64,000 nt of DNA from the human T2T-CHM13v2.0 reference genome, Homo sapiens: assembly GCF_009914755.1 (NCBI RefSeq), contig NC_060942.1; one strand, written 5' to 3'. The notes beneath the pieces were generated by a model. It saw only the letters and a program-made list of their open reading frames with translations. It was not told the DNA's origin and did no database searches. Positions 42,683 through 55,453 of the stretch are shown piece by piece. The position numbers and the translations under genes were made by a program. Every line of letters begins with the position of its first letter. Position 1 is the first letter of the stretch.

Positions 42683-45600
42683 TCTTATTTTAGTAGTGCT
42701 AATAACTTGGATTAATAAAACATTAACAAACAACTTTACCTTGCCTTTATCTCCTTGATCTGTGACTGCTCCTCCAAGCACAATTCTTTATACTGGGGAA
42801 TGAAATAATTGCTTTTTAAACAAAAAGCAATTTGCTATAATTTGTAGAACTGTTGGAGTCATAATGCTTTCAAGATATGTTTTAATAAAAAGATACTTGT
42901 ATATTTGTAAAAGAGTCTGACTAAATATTTTCATTCATCTGAGGTTCTGGGAAATCTGATTTTAATTATCAGTGATATCTGAATTTGGATTCAGGTCTTT
43001 CACATTTAAAATACCCTGAAAGGATAATTTTGGTTATTCAACTTGTATCAAATGAATGACAGATACAGAAGAGTTTGGCAATGTGTTCATTAAATTTAAA
43101 AACCAGTATACTGGGTTATCATCCAGCAAGTGCTAACTGTGTCTTGGCAGATGTCTGATGTCCGAGTAGGAGTGATTATGGTTACTGTGTGAAGACTTGA
43201 CTCTCAAGGAGTTGCAGGATCATACGTGGGAAGTGGAGGGGTTCCCATGTGACCTTCTATGAAGATCAGAAGAATAGAAAACCTGAAGAATAGATTTTGG
43301 TTGGAAGAATAGAAAGTCTGCCTAGAGTGTCTTTGGAATGCCAGAGGATGAGATCGTCTTGTTTACTAAGAGTTGTCACGGTTCCCCTCACCTCACCTCC
43401 CAAATCCTGGTAAGGAACCAGGACCTGCCAAGGTGAAGCACTGATAGATTTGGCTGGCCTTGAATCTGCAGGTGCTAAGGTTTGGGTTATTATTCTAGAG
43501 CGGGCATTGTGAGTCATAGGGCTCCAAGGATTCAATGGTAGAGTTACGTCACCTCCTTTGGGCATTGCAAAGTGAGCATAGGTATTTGCCTACTACTCTG
43601 CTGACAGCTTGGGAAGGTTGCCCATTTTACCTTTACGCTAATGACGATATTACCTATTACACATTGTGGCCATTACAGTGTGCACACCAGGGGAGGAGAC
43701 AGCAAGAAAGTGGTTATCAGGACAGCTGAGGGCTGGCACTCCTTAACACTTGTGATCAGTTATTTCCTTTCTTCATGTTCGGAATAGGAATAATGATTCC
43801 TGCCCAACTTGCCTCAAGAATTATTACGAAGATGACATGTGATGTAAATGCACTTTGAAAGTGTCTAGTGGCTATTGAGTTCCCAATACTTTAAAAGAGA
43901 GAAATAGGGGTAGAAAGCCTTTCTAGGTTAAGGTGAAATGATGCAGTTCAACTCTCTGATCCTGTGCTTTTCCATACATTTCTCGTGGACACTGGGAAAA
44001 GGATATGCTGCCTTTTGCTTTGAATCACAAATACTGTGCATTAATTGGAGTTTATTTGTGGAAAAGCATTTGTGGGATGAGTTTGTAGAGTGTAGAATGG
44101 AGGGTGTGTATGTTTGAGGTAGGGTGAGTACAAGTTGTTTGATCCATTATTAGTTTAATTCTCATTTTTAATTGGTTTTAATTTAGTGTTTTGTCTGAAG
44201 TGATGATCTACATTCACAAAATTTTATGGATGGCTCTTTAGGGAAAAAGGAACCTGCACTTGGATAAATTTGAATGTACATCTTGATTTCTCAGTTCTCT
44301 CGGAAATATGGAGGCCTGCTATATCTTGCATTGTGGACTAGTAGATTATAAGATCATCAAATATAGAAACTAAAAGTGACTTTATAATTAACTGGCCCAG
44401 AGGGCTAGAGGAAGCAAATGAACAAACAAAAAACTTTAAGGCAAAAATTGGGCATTCATTCAGTATAATATATTTTCATTCATTCAGTGAATATTTTTGA
44501 GTACCTATTCTGTCCCAAGCCTTGAGCTAGGTGCTAAGGGCACCAAGATCAAAGACCCAGTGCCTGCCTGTAAGGAGGTCATGGTCCAGAGAGGAGATAG
44601 GCATTAAACAAGTAGTGTTCACTGTGCTCCTTGCCAAGTCTGGCTGATGGGAGGATAAGAGGGATGATCAACAGCAAATAGGAACTGTCCTAAGATTGCC
44701 TGGGGGTGGGGATGGGGCTGTGAGGAAAGGCTAACTATTTCCTATCTCTTCCTCTAGAAAAATAAAATACAACTAGAGTCCTAAGAGATCACCTTTCATT
44801 GCCTGTGCCATCGGGACCCCTTTTCCTTTTCGGTTCCATGCAAACCCATGACCCTAGATGCTGAAGATCTATTTTTTACCATCATCTTTCTTACTGTTAT
44901 TATTTATGACGGTCATTGTTTTAACTGCTCCAAGGAGATAATTGCCTTAGTTGCTAAGGCAACCCAACATATTGGGTATAAGAGCAGCCAGCAGAAAGGG
45001 TTTGCCAAATTGCAGGGCTGGGTGGGAGGTGTGGGGTGGGAGAGCAAGGGAGCTCAGCTGTGGAGCTTGAAAATAGCCATGTTCAAATTATCTCTGCATT
45101 TCTTCCACTGAGGAGCGTGAAGCCACTTGGAATCCGGTGCCTGCCAACTCCTCACCCACCCCTGACGCTTCCTATTTTCAACCCAGCCAGTGCACTCCCT
45201 CACTAACCCTCAGTGCTCAGCCGAGAGAGCTTTCTTGGGTTCCAGTTCCCAGACTCACAACTCCTATTCTGTCTGCTGCTACTCAGCCCTGGAAATGTTC
45301 TTGCCCTGTATTTCTGGCCTCTAAGGACGGAGGTGGAGGTGGGTGCAGCACGCACAGATGTGTCTGTAGACTCCCCTGTCTGGGCAGTGCACATTACCCA
45401 TTTCAAACAGACCATAATCCCTGGTGGTCTTGCTCAAGTCTTGTCTTCTTTCTAACTTGGAGAACTATAGGCAGATGACAATGACCATTTACATTTTAAT
45501 TTTTGAAGACTGAAACATCTTGGGGGATCAACCTTGCTGTCTCCATTAAATAGGTAAACTGAAGCCAAGAGAGGAGAGTTATGCAGACAAAGCAATGCAG

Positions 45601-46294
45601 CAAAAGTGGGTGATCTCAGCCCCGCACCCCGGTCTCCTGACTTTCACACTCAGCCCTTATCAGTGCCATTAGCTTTGCTCCTTGGCTACTGACCATCTCA
45701 GTCTGAGGTCTTCTGGGAGATTTTGCTCTGGTTTCATGTCCTCTAGTTAGCACCTTTTTTGTCTCCTGGCCCTGGTCCTTATGCCAAGATGGGGTGGCAG
45801 AGAGGATGCTGGGGCAGGAGGATGCGGAGCACAAAAGTATAGCTCATTGGCTGGCATTGCTTTTCATGATTTGACCATCCAGAAGCAGCTATTGCCATGA
45901 AAGAAGATAATGGCAGGAGAAAAGGCAAGATGACAAAAGAATCCCTACCAGAAGATTTGGGAGGTTGTTACTGACTTATTTCAGAAAGTCTTCTTTCTTC
46001 TCTTTTTTTCCTGCTCACCAAGTACGCATTAGCCCCAGGATGTCTGTGGGGAGGGCCAGCCTGCCTCTGTGTCCTTAGCAACCTCCAGGGTGTCTCCCTA
46101 AGTATGTCCCAGGGCCCTCTGCTAGAGCTCTGCCTCAGAGTTGATCTATCTGAACAGGTTAAATAAACAGGTCTGTGTTTGGGTTAATTATCACTGGTTC
46201 TGTTGCTCTCCATTACTGCTCCATCCGGGACTCTGGCCAAGGAACAGATGGGAGAGGCTGCATCATCACCCCTGCCTCCTCATTGTGTCTGGCT

Positions 46295-46525
46295 CTCCCT
46301 CCTTCTCTCTCTCTCTCTCTCTCTCCCCCCCGTCCCGTTACCCCTTTCTGTCTCACTCCCTTCCTCCTTCCCTTCCTGCCTGCCTCTCTCTTCCTCCCTC
46401 CTTCTCTTATTCTCCACCTTCCTCCCTTTCTCTCTCTCTCCTCTTCTCTCTCCTAGCCCTGCTTCCCTGCCTTCCCTTCCCCCTCCCTATTTTTGCTCTT
46501 TCTCTCTCTCTCTCTTTCTCTTTTT
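46295..46525. repeat. CT-rich low-complexity tract
   Basis: (CT)n and (CCT)n pyrimidine tract. Confidence 0.85.
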
Positions 46526-47839
46526 GGCTGAGCAAATAGGCCAGATGGTGGTGAGGGGAACAGACAACAAGTGAGGCATGGCATATGGGGAGCTTGTTTA
46601 ATTTCGGCTCCTGTAGGGAAGTAGATTGGAGGAGGTGAGCTACAAAAGCAGAAAATGGAAAGGGGAAGGGTAAGAAAAAAAAGAAAAGAAAAACAACAAC
46701 AACAACCGACCCTTCCAAGGGGGAAATTGGATTCAATTTACTATTGTTGGCCAGTAGAAGCAGTTGAGAATGAACTGAATCGAAAGTAGAAAGTGCCCTT
46801 TTTGAATTTCAAAGGTACAGCACCCCCCCAACCCCCAACCTACAACAGACCTCACTTGTACCAGCTCCATATTGCCCAAGGATCTGGTTCTGGGAGAAGG
46901 GTCTGCCAGGGGCAGTGGGCATGGGCAGAGTTTCTTATACAACGTGGGATATGGCTGTGTGTTGGTGGATCAATTCCAGGAGAGAGAGGAAAAAGAAAAT
47001 AGCTCTGTGGCTAAAATTAGGGGTCAAGGGAAGACTAGCCCCCATTTAACCTACCTCTTTTTTTCTACTAGTTGTCTGACTTGGTTTGATGCACCTTTTG
47101 TTTCGATTTTATTCTGCTCTACCCATGGGCAGCTGCCCAACATAGCCACACCTCACCCTGCTGCCATTGTCTGCTCCCTTTGCATACTTGGAAAAGTGCA
47201 GGCAGGATCTCGGAGAAGTGAGTGTAAAGATGTCACTGAATGGCCCTCTAGCAGAAGCCTTTTGTTTTCAACCAAAATGTATTTAACCTTCATGGTGACT
47301 GCCAAGAATGTCAAATTTAAGGCTACATTAGCTGGAGTTTCTGGAGAGATTCTGGCCACATATAATGGCACATGCCTTGGTCTCATTGGTGTGCCATTCC
47401 CACAGATCAGCGAAATACTGCCTGCTACACCCCTGAACATTTCCACTCTGCCATTGCTGGCGAACCCCCACTCTCAGAGAGCAGGTGGATTTCTGACATC
47501 CAGGAAAAGCTGTGACCCAGTGCAGCGTTGAGTCTCAGGCTCCTGGGTCTCTGGGGACTGGAAGAGACCAGAAGCCTTAACAATTACCCTAGGAAAGGAG
47601 AATACAATCCAGGCTCATCTGCTGGAGCTGCACGCCTGCTCCCCCCTTCCCTGCAGGGGCCTCCCCAGCTCCACCAGGCAACCCGTTGTTCTGCAGCTGA
47701 TAACCGGATTAGGCAGCAGAATGGGGCAGATGAGTACCCTGAGGGGCCCTGCCTGGGAACAGGGGCTCCCTGGCCTGGCGTGAGGGCTGCCACTGTCAAC
47801 ACCCTAAGCCGCTGCCTCCTGCAGGGCATTTGCATGTGT

Positions 47840-48490
47840 GTGCGCCCTACTGTACGCGCCCAAGAGCCAGTGGGAAATGCCGGCGGTGGCAGTTCACACG
47901 GGGCACTGCTGCACAAAGCCCCAAGGCCAAGCGGCACGGTGGCCCTGGCTGGCGAATGTCGCGCACCCAGTCTCTCGCAGCAGCGCCTGGCGCGACGACT
48001 GCTGGAAGCCGGGCCAAACGCAGTCTTTGCATGAGTGTGGCCCTGGCTGTGGGAGCCGAAGCACAGCCACCACGCGCGCCGGAGCGCAGGGAGAGTCGCC
48101 TGCATCGTCCAACCCTCCTCTTAAAAAAAAAAAAACAAAAAAAAAAACGCTTTCTTCGTGCTTGCTTTCAGTGGCAGGCCGGCGGTTTGATCTCCCCTGA
48201 ATGCTGTCCCCTCATTCGAGGCTTCGATTCTGAGAAGATTCAGGGCATTGTCCAGGGTGGCGGGATGTCGGATTGATTTCGGGGCCTTTGTGTGGACGTG
48301 GGGCTCCTGAATGAAGCTGTTATGCGCGTCTGGGGCTGGCGGGCAGGCTGTCCGGCTGCAAGCTGGGCCTCCCTTTGTTGTGGGGGCCTCATTGAGCCCA
48401 CGGAAGAGGCTCATTTCAGCGTGATTTACTACCACCCAAACACCAGCTGTCTGTTGTGCTGCGGCTGCTGCGACGCCCTGCCCGGCCCCC
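47840..48490. promoter_or_regulatory. Intragenic CpG-island-like element
   Basis: About 26 CpGs counted by eye in 47841-48110 against a CpG-depleted background. CpG-rich again at 48150-48490. Not an Alu. Confidence 0.75.
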
Positions 48491-51400
48491 TTTTGGGTAG
48501 AATCTCTTCTCCTTGTGAAGCTCTCAGAGCCCCCACCCCTTTCTTTAAATGCTTAAGGTAGATTTATAATCATTCGTGTATATTCATATTATATACTTGT
48601 GTATGTACACCTAGGTATGTATATACACACATACACATACACCCATGTGTATTCTTTTGGTGTGTTTCTTTTTAATAGAGGGCCCTGAGCTGAGGTAGGG
48701 AGCAGGTGGAAAAACGCTGCGGGGCTAGGGGCTGATGACCAAGATCGCAGCCTCAGTTCTGTCCTTGATTCATTGTGTGACCTTGGGTCAGTCACTTGAT
48801 GTCTCAAAGACCCAGTTTCTTCACCAGAAAAAAATAAGAGCATTATTTTTGATAGAAGGAAGGCATGCCTGTATTTCTTGAAATATTACAGTATTTCAAA
48901 GCTATGACAAAAATAGAAAAGAGAGTGTCCTATTACTCTCTAACAATTTTGTAAAGCATTATTCAGTGAAAAATACAGCCAGAAGCAACAGGAAACGAGC
49001 TTGTGCTCAACCTTGCCAGGCACTGGGGAGGCAGGGTTCAGACTCTGTCTTGTCCTGAGGATCTCAAAATGGGGAGTCAATAAGGAGACTAGGGCCATGG
49101 AGCCTTGGAAGTGCTAAGTGAGCATCAAAGGAGGGAGCAGGAGGAAGCCTTGGAGGGAGAAGGGCCATCAGGGAAGGCTCCTGGAGGAGGTGGTGCAGGA
49201 TTGTTTTGATGTTCAAGGTAGTTGGTAAGAGGCGGGGTGAGCAAAATTATTTCATAGAACTTGAGTGTCCAGTGTAGTGGTGACCATCCCTTCTCTGGCA
49301 CCCTTCCTTGATCTGGAAGGCACACACACACCCAGGAGTGAAGAGAGAGCTTGAATTGGGGCAGGGAGATGTGGTCAAATATGCAGGGTAGAGGGGTCAC
49401 TCTGCCACTCTGCCATTTCTGTTGGGATGTCTTGAAGGTGTCTATGTTGTCAGTCAGGCAGATGACCATTTAGAAGGTGGCTGTAATAGTTCAAGCAAGA
49501 ATAGTGATTAAAATATGGGGCGTCATAGGAGAGATGACAGAGGTGGAAAGGGAAGACATTTATGTAGTGGGACTGCCTTTGAGAATCACTGGATGTAAGG
49601 AGTTGGAGAGAAAGGAGTGGATCTGTAATGATGCCCACATTTCTGTAAAATAGGATACATGATAGTACAATAGTCATAGCGTTGCTAGCTTGGCACATAA
49701 TAAGCACTCAATAAGTGATGGTGATAAATAATCATGATGAATATTACTGTGTTTTTTAGGTGATCCAGTGAGTGGTTGCCTTCAGGCCATGTTCCAAAAT
49801 GGAGAACACAGGAAAAAGAACATATTTTTTAAGGGGGAGGTGGTAAGAAAAGTAGGATGATATGTTTTTAACAGAATCAAGTTCACACAGGGGTTATCAA
49901 ATGTGATATTTGGGGAGTGGCGTCTGAGTTGGAATATCTCTTTGTTCCCCCATAATGTTTAGCTTAGTGCTCAGAACATGCAAGGCATTTAATAGATGTT
50001 TGATGAACTTGTGGATTAATGTATATTCTGACTCTTAACAATCAGGAACTATCAGTTTAGAAATAATCATTTATTCCTCACATATTAAGGGAGTGGCAAT
50101 TAATATCATGCATGGGACACAGTAAAGAACAAGCGGGTGGGGTCTGTGCCAACATGGAGTCTGTGGTCTGGTATGGCCGTGAGGACAATAGGAAAGCTAC
50201 GTGCACATGTGATTGGAGACGATTCTGCATATTGTTTCTGAGTGTGTAAGCACTGTCTTCAGGTAAAGGTGAGGAACAGGTAGGGTGTGCTATGGATGCA
50301 TACGGCACCTAAGTTATATTGAACCAGCCTCATGTTTTTATATAGTGTCTGATGGCCAGAGATAGACCTTGGCCCAACAGTTAGTCACATGCCAGCCCCA
50401 GCCTTGGCTGCTGTTTAATGCTGTGCTGCAAGCACTTAGGGAAGCTGCATGTGAATGGAGGTTCCTGGTGACTCCAGCATCAATCATATCTACTCTGAGG
50501 CTTCTACAGGTGATGACCAGGTCTCCAAGGTCCTGCTTCTTCCCCATGCATCCTTTCAGGGATACCTTCATGACCCCCAGGGGTTTTGCTCTTGGTTCTC
50601 CTTCATGTGGGTTAACAATCTCATGAGCTTTTTAAAGTTTATATTTAGAACAACTATAGGCTCACACTTCTGGGACCTGCTCCAGGAGGTGTTACAGTAA
50701 GGACTAGAGTCATTCAGCATCCCAGGAAAAGGGAACTGAAAAGAGCATTAGAAATCCTCAGAAGAAAAAAAAAATTCTCCTTTTATTAAGAGTGAAAATA
50801 ATTCTAGAAAGGAGAGGTGCTGGCCCAGGCCACACAGCTCGAGAATGGCAGGGAGGAGCTTTAACCCAGACATCCTGGCCTCCCAATCCAGAGCTTGCTC
50901 TACTTTTTATGCACTGCTCCACATTGTTGTGCATGTGTGAGATTAAGTACGCTGATGCCTCTGTCTGTTTCCTACATTTCCCATGAGAAATATGAAAGTC
51001 AGTATTTTACAATATGCAGTCTGTGTAACTCAGTTATTCAGAATGTTAAGAGGTGTTAGAGGTCAAAAAAATTCTCTGAGCAAGAAACATTGGGAAACAA
51101 CTGGTTCAACAAAGCTAATCTGATGTCTTTGCAGTAGGATGTCTCAAAGCCTTTAATGTTAATAAGCATCACAGATCTTCAAGTGTGGTTGAGTTTATGT
51201 TGTTTCACAAATTTATTAGGTCACAAGCTGATATCTAGGAGATCAGCTATCCCTAGACTGCACTCCTAGTTCTGATTCTTATGTAGAGACAGCCTCCCTG
51301 GCAGAGAGCATAGGTCAGGTTGTATTTGTAAAGATGCTGCATGGATCTATGCTTCTGCCTTGGGAGGCTGAGTGGGGTGGGGAGGCTGGCAGTACCCTGA

Positions 51401-53495
51401 CTGCACTGGAGTACAGGACTCTGGAGAAGGAAGCATCCTGAAACACCAACTCCATTGAGTGTCACTCCTCCTGCTCCCCTCCCACTAGAGGAAGAAATGG
51501 AGGGAAAGATAGAAGAAAGGAAGGAAGGATGGAAAGGATGGAAAGGAAGGATGGGAAGGAAGGAAGGAAGGAAGCCATTTCACTGCTCTCAAGGATCCTC
51601 ATGCCCTAACAAGAAGAAGGGGTGCAAATATATTTCTCAGAGTTAGTATAAAAGATGATCTCTCTGTTTCCTATTTACTTAGGAAGAAATGTTTAGACAT
51701 GTAGGCCTAGAGAGGCAAAGAAAATAAGGAGAGCAAACAAGAACATTGGTTTACTTTTCCAGAGGAGGAAGAGGAGAGCACACAAGCCTGGGGAAGAGCA
51801 GAACATGATAGTTTTATCAGCTTCAGTCTCACTGCTTTTCCTAACAAAACTTCAGGACAATTCCTGATCGTGGTCAAACTTCAAGTAGCTCAAGAGGTCA
51901 TGCTTTATGCAGTGGGTCAGTTGATATCATGAACTCAATCCAAGACTGCTTGAGATGCCCCTTGAAAGGAGGGTTGTGCGTGTGCAGGCACCATGTGCGT
52001 GCTTGTGCATGCACATCCCAGGAGCAATGCAGGTAAAGGGAATAGTGTCCACTTAGCTTCTGTCTCATTGGCTTGGTATTTCTGGACCTCAGATCCAGAC
52101 ATAAAGATCAGTCTCAGATAAGCGGCTTTTGGCAACTTAGATTGTGTCTGTTATTTATTGGGAAATGCAGGATGGATCATGCAATGAGACATATTTGCAC
52201 ATTCTCTGTGGGGATGTGGCAGGACACACAAGTTGACTCGCAGACAGGTGAAGAGAGGTGGTAAGCAAAAGTCTCCCAGGGGCTGCTGCAGAACACTCTG
52301 CTGGCTGTCTGCATCATTTCTACTCTGTTGTAATCTCCATGACCACAGAGGCTTGCCTGCTTGTCAGCAGAGTGATTTCTGGGGTAGTTATGAGAGGGGC
52401 AAGCTTAAGGGGAGGCATTAATGCACATTATCTACAAAGAGCAGCAACTTAGGATCTCCAAGCCTTCTTCCCCCTTTCCATCACTCAAAGCAACACTCTC
52501 CCAAGGCAGATGCATAATCATACTTATGACCTCCTCTGCAGCACTTATAAGATATCATCCTTTAGTTCTGTTACATTCATTACCCCTCGTTGGGGAGTTA
52601 ATAATTGGACCCATTTTATAAAAGAGAAGGTGAGGCGCAGAGATGCAAGTGATACTCTGGCCTTCAGAGAGAAAAATTACAGTGGAACCAGAGTGTGCCT
52701 CCAATTCTAGAATTCTAGAATATTGTGGGAGAGAAAGGACCAAGGATGAAGCTCCCTCATCACTGGACACACTCAAGTCTGGCTGCTTTCTGCCTGTGCC
52801 ATTCTTTTTCGGGAGAAAGGCAACAATTAGGAAACCCAGACCCTGGGAGATGGAGCTTTTCCCTGGATTCCAGGGAAGCAATTTCTTCTTTTAGCAAGAA
52901 AGTATGAAGGACTGATACTGTGCACAGCATCTTTGCTAGGCAAGTGAGAGAAAATTGATCTGCAACATGTGGGTCCTTTTTTAAAAGAGCTTGCGGTTTG
53001 TTGCATACAGACATACATATGAAAATTAAAATACCATCTCTCACCAAATCTAAGATATCATAAACTACAAGACAGTTTCAAAGAAGTTAGAAGTAAAAAA
53101 TTGTGCATCCTATAATCATGGGATATGGTAGTAATACAAAAGGTAAATAAAAATGAAAGTTAAATTATCCAGAGTTGTTACAGCCATATGTGTTCATTCA
53201 CTTGTTGTTTTCTGACTTCTCTGATATGCCAATGCATGGTGAAGCATCCAATGAGTGGTACTGACAGTTGTTGCTTTGAGCTCACAATGAAGAAGGATGG
53301 CTGGGTGGGAGCAGGGTGGGATAGAAAGTGAAGGACTCATAAATGATGCAAGATTGAGTTAAGGCTTGAAGAACAGGAAAGATTTCAAGTGGGAAGGCAA
53401 GAGGGAGGTGTGATGGGGAATGTCTAGCTCTGGGCTTAATTGCCAAAGAGGACTTCGGAGAAACTGGTTTATTGATAGGAGAAGTAAAATACTGG

Positions 53496-53873
53496 TGTAT
53501 TAGTCAACTTGGGCTGCTATAACAAAATATCATAGACTGGCTGGCTTTAACAACAGACATGTATTTCCCACAGTTCTGGAGGTTGGGAAGTCTACATTCA
53601 AGGTGGCAGTAGATAGATTCAGTTCCTGGTGAAGGCCCTCTTTCTGGTTTGTGGATGGCTGCCTTCTAGCTATAGCCTCACAGGGCAGAGAGGGGAAGCT
53701 CTGCTGTTTCTTCATTTTCTTATAAAAACACTAACTCTATTATGAGGGCTCTACCCTCCTGACCTCATCTACACCCAGTTACCTCCCAAAGGCCCCACCT
53801 CCTAATATCATCACACTGGGGGTTAGGGTGTTAACATGAATTTTGGGGGAGACACAAACATCTGTCCGTAACA
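53496..53873 (-). mobile_element. MaLR solo LTR (MLT1A/A0-like)
   Basis: TG...CA termini; GCTGCTATAACAAAATATCATAGACTGG; TSD ACTGG/ATTGG. Confidence 0.88.
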
Positions 53874-55100
53874 ATTGGGAACCAATTTAAATTAGATTTG
53901 GGTTCTGGAACTTAAATCATTGGACAAACTTGGGAGATGTTTTAGGGTCCAAGTATGGCAGTCATCCGATGGATGTTTTGAAGGCATTTGGCCACCTGAG
54001 TTGGCATTTAATCATGCCAGACACCACCAGACTTCTTCCGGGTTTCCTATCTCCATTTCACTGCTCTTTCAGAGTTCTGCTTTGTAGAGAATATAAGGGA
54101 AGGGAAGACATGACCCCTGCTCTCAATAGGCTTAGCTAGGTCATAAAAAATATCAAGTTATGAAAGATTTTAAGAACAAAACTAGCTAAGATGCAAAGTG
54201 TGTAGGGTACTGACAGTCTGTGTTATAAATATAAAAAGATAGGAGACCACTGTGGGCCAGTTGAGTAGGACGTGGCTCTTTGGGGCAAGTGAGATTTGTG
54301 CTGGGCCTTGAGGTTATGGGCTGTGGTTATGATGAGGCTGATGGAGTGGGAAGCAGTATGAGCAAACTTAAGTGCACAAGGGTCAGCCTGGTATTTGGGG
54401 GTCATGGAGAGGTATGGACAGAAGAGCATTATATTTAGCACTTACTATCTCCTGCAGGACATGGCAAAGTAAAGTTTTTTGTTTGTTTGTTTTTATGGAA
54501 TGTGTAGACAGTGAAAAGGGTAGGCAAGGGAGGAGAAAGAAGCAGGAAGGTAAGGGAGAGTTAAACATGCTTTCCACATCAGCCTCACCCTTCTGTTCCC
54601 CACAGCTAGCCACTGCTAGTCTAGGAGAACAGTTCACAAACTCACATTCTTTAGCTGGAAGACCTTCACAGCTTACCTAGCGACAAGATTTTGAGAGAGT
54701 TTGAGAGATAGAGCAGAGAGCTGGAAGGTAAGAAAGTAGATGAGAGAGGTTATCAGATCAGCAAGGGCAAGGAGTTCCTAATTTGATTTGTGTCCATTCT
54801 TTACTTTCCATGCCCCTTTCTCTTTTTCTACCACTATTTGACAATGAATCATATGGAAATTGTGGTTTCTATTTTTATTACTATTTATAGTTATTTGCAG
54901 GTTTTATTGTTATTTGATTTATCCTTTATTTGTCATTTTGTTTCTTGCAATTTCATTCATATCTTCTCTCTTTTGTTATAATGCCAGAAACTTGAAAGGA
55001 GGAACTATGCTTTTTCGTATTTCTCAAAGTGTAAACAGTTTTCTTTTTCTTAGTAAATCCTTAATAAAGGTAACTTCAATACATTTGGAAACCAGGCAGG

Positions 55101-55453
55101 CGTATTAGTCTTCTCAGGCTGCTATAACAATATACCATAGACTGAGTGGCTTAAAAAATAGACATAAATTTTTCACAGTTCTGGTAGCTAGGAAGTCCAA
55201 GATCAGGGTGCTGGCCAATTCACTTCTTGGTGAGGGCTCTCTTCCTGGCTTACAGGCAGCTGCCTTCTCATTGTGTCCTCACATGGTGGAGACTTTCTCT
55301 TCCTCGTCTTATAAAGCCACTAATTCTTTCTCTAAAGGCTTCACTAACCTTTATTAGCCATCTCACCTTGACTACCTCTCAAAGGTACCATCTCCTTTCA
55401 ACATATGGATTTCAACATACGGATTCTGGAAGAACACAATGACGTCTATAGAA
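55101..55453 (-). mobile_element. MaLR solo LTR (MLT1A-like)
   Basis: GCTGCTATAACAATATACCATAGACTGAGTGGC; 5-bp TSD GCAGG at 55096 and 55454. Confidence 0.85.

Noticed and set aside
46112-47254. CTCF-like motifs (reverse CTAGCAGAGGGC at ~46113, CTGCTAGAGGGC at ~47243)
   Set aside because: Each has a mismatch in the core; not callable without PWM scoring or ChIP data.
46872-48561. 219-aa ORF and several 120-173 aa overlapping ORFs
   Set aside because: Mostly non-ATG starts, no recognisable domain, and the open frames on both strands are explained by high GC around the CpG island.
52704-52721. 18-bp perfect palindrome ATTCTAGAATTCTAGAAT (HSE-like)
   Set aside because: An 8-bp tandem duplication of a palindrome. 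The spacing breaks the nGAAn register, and one such palindrome in 64 kb is not unlikely by chance.
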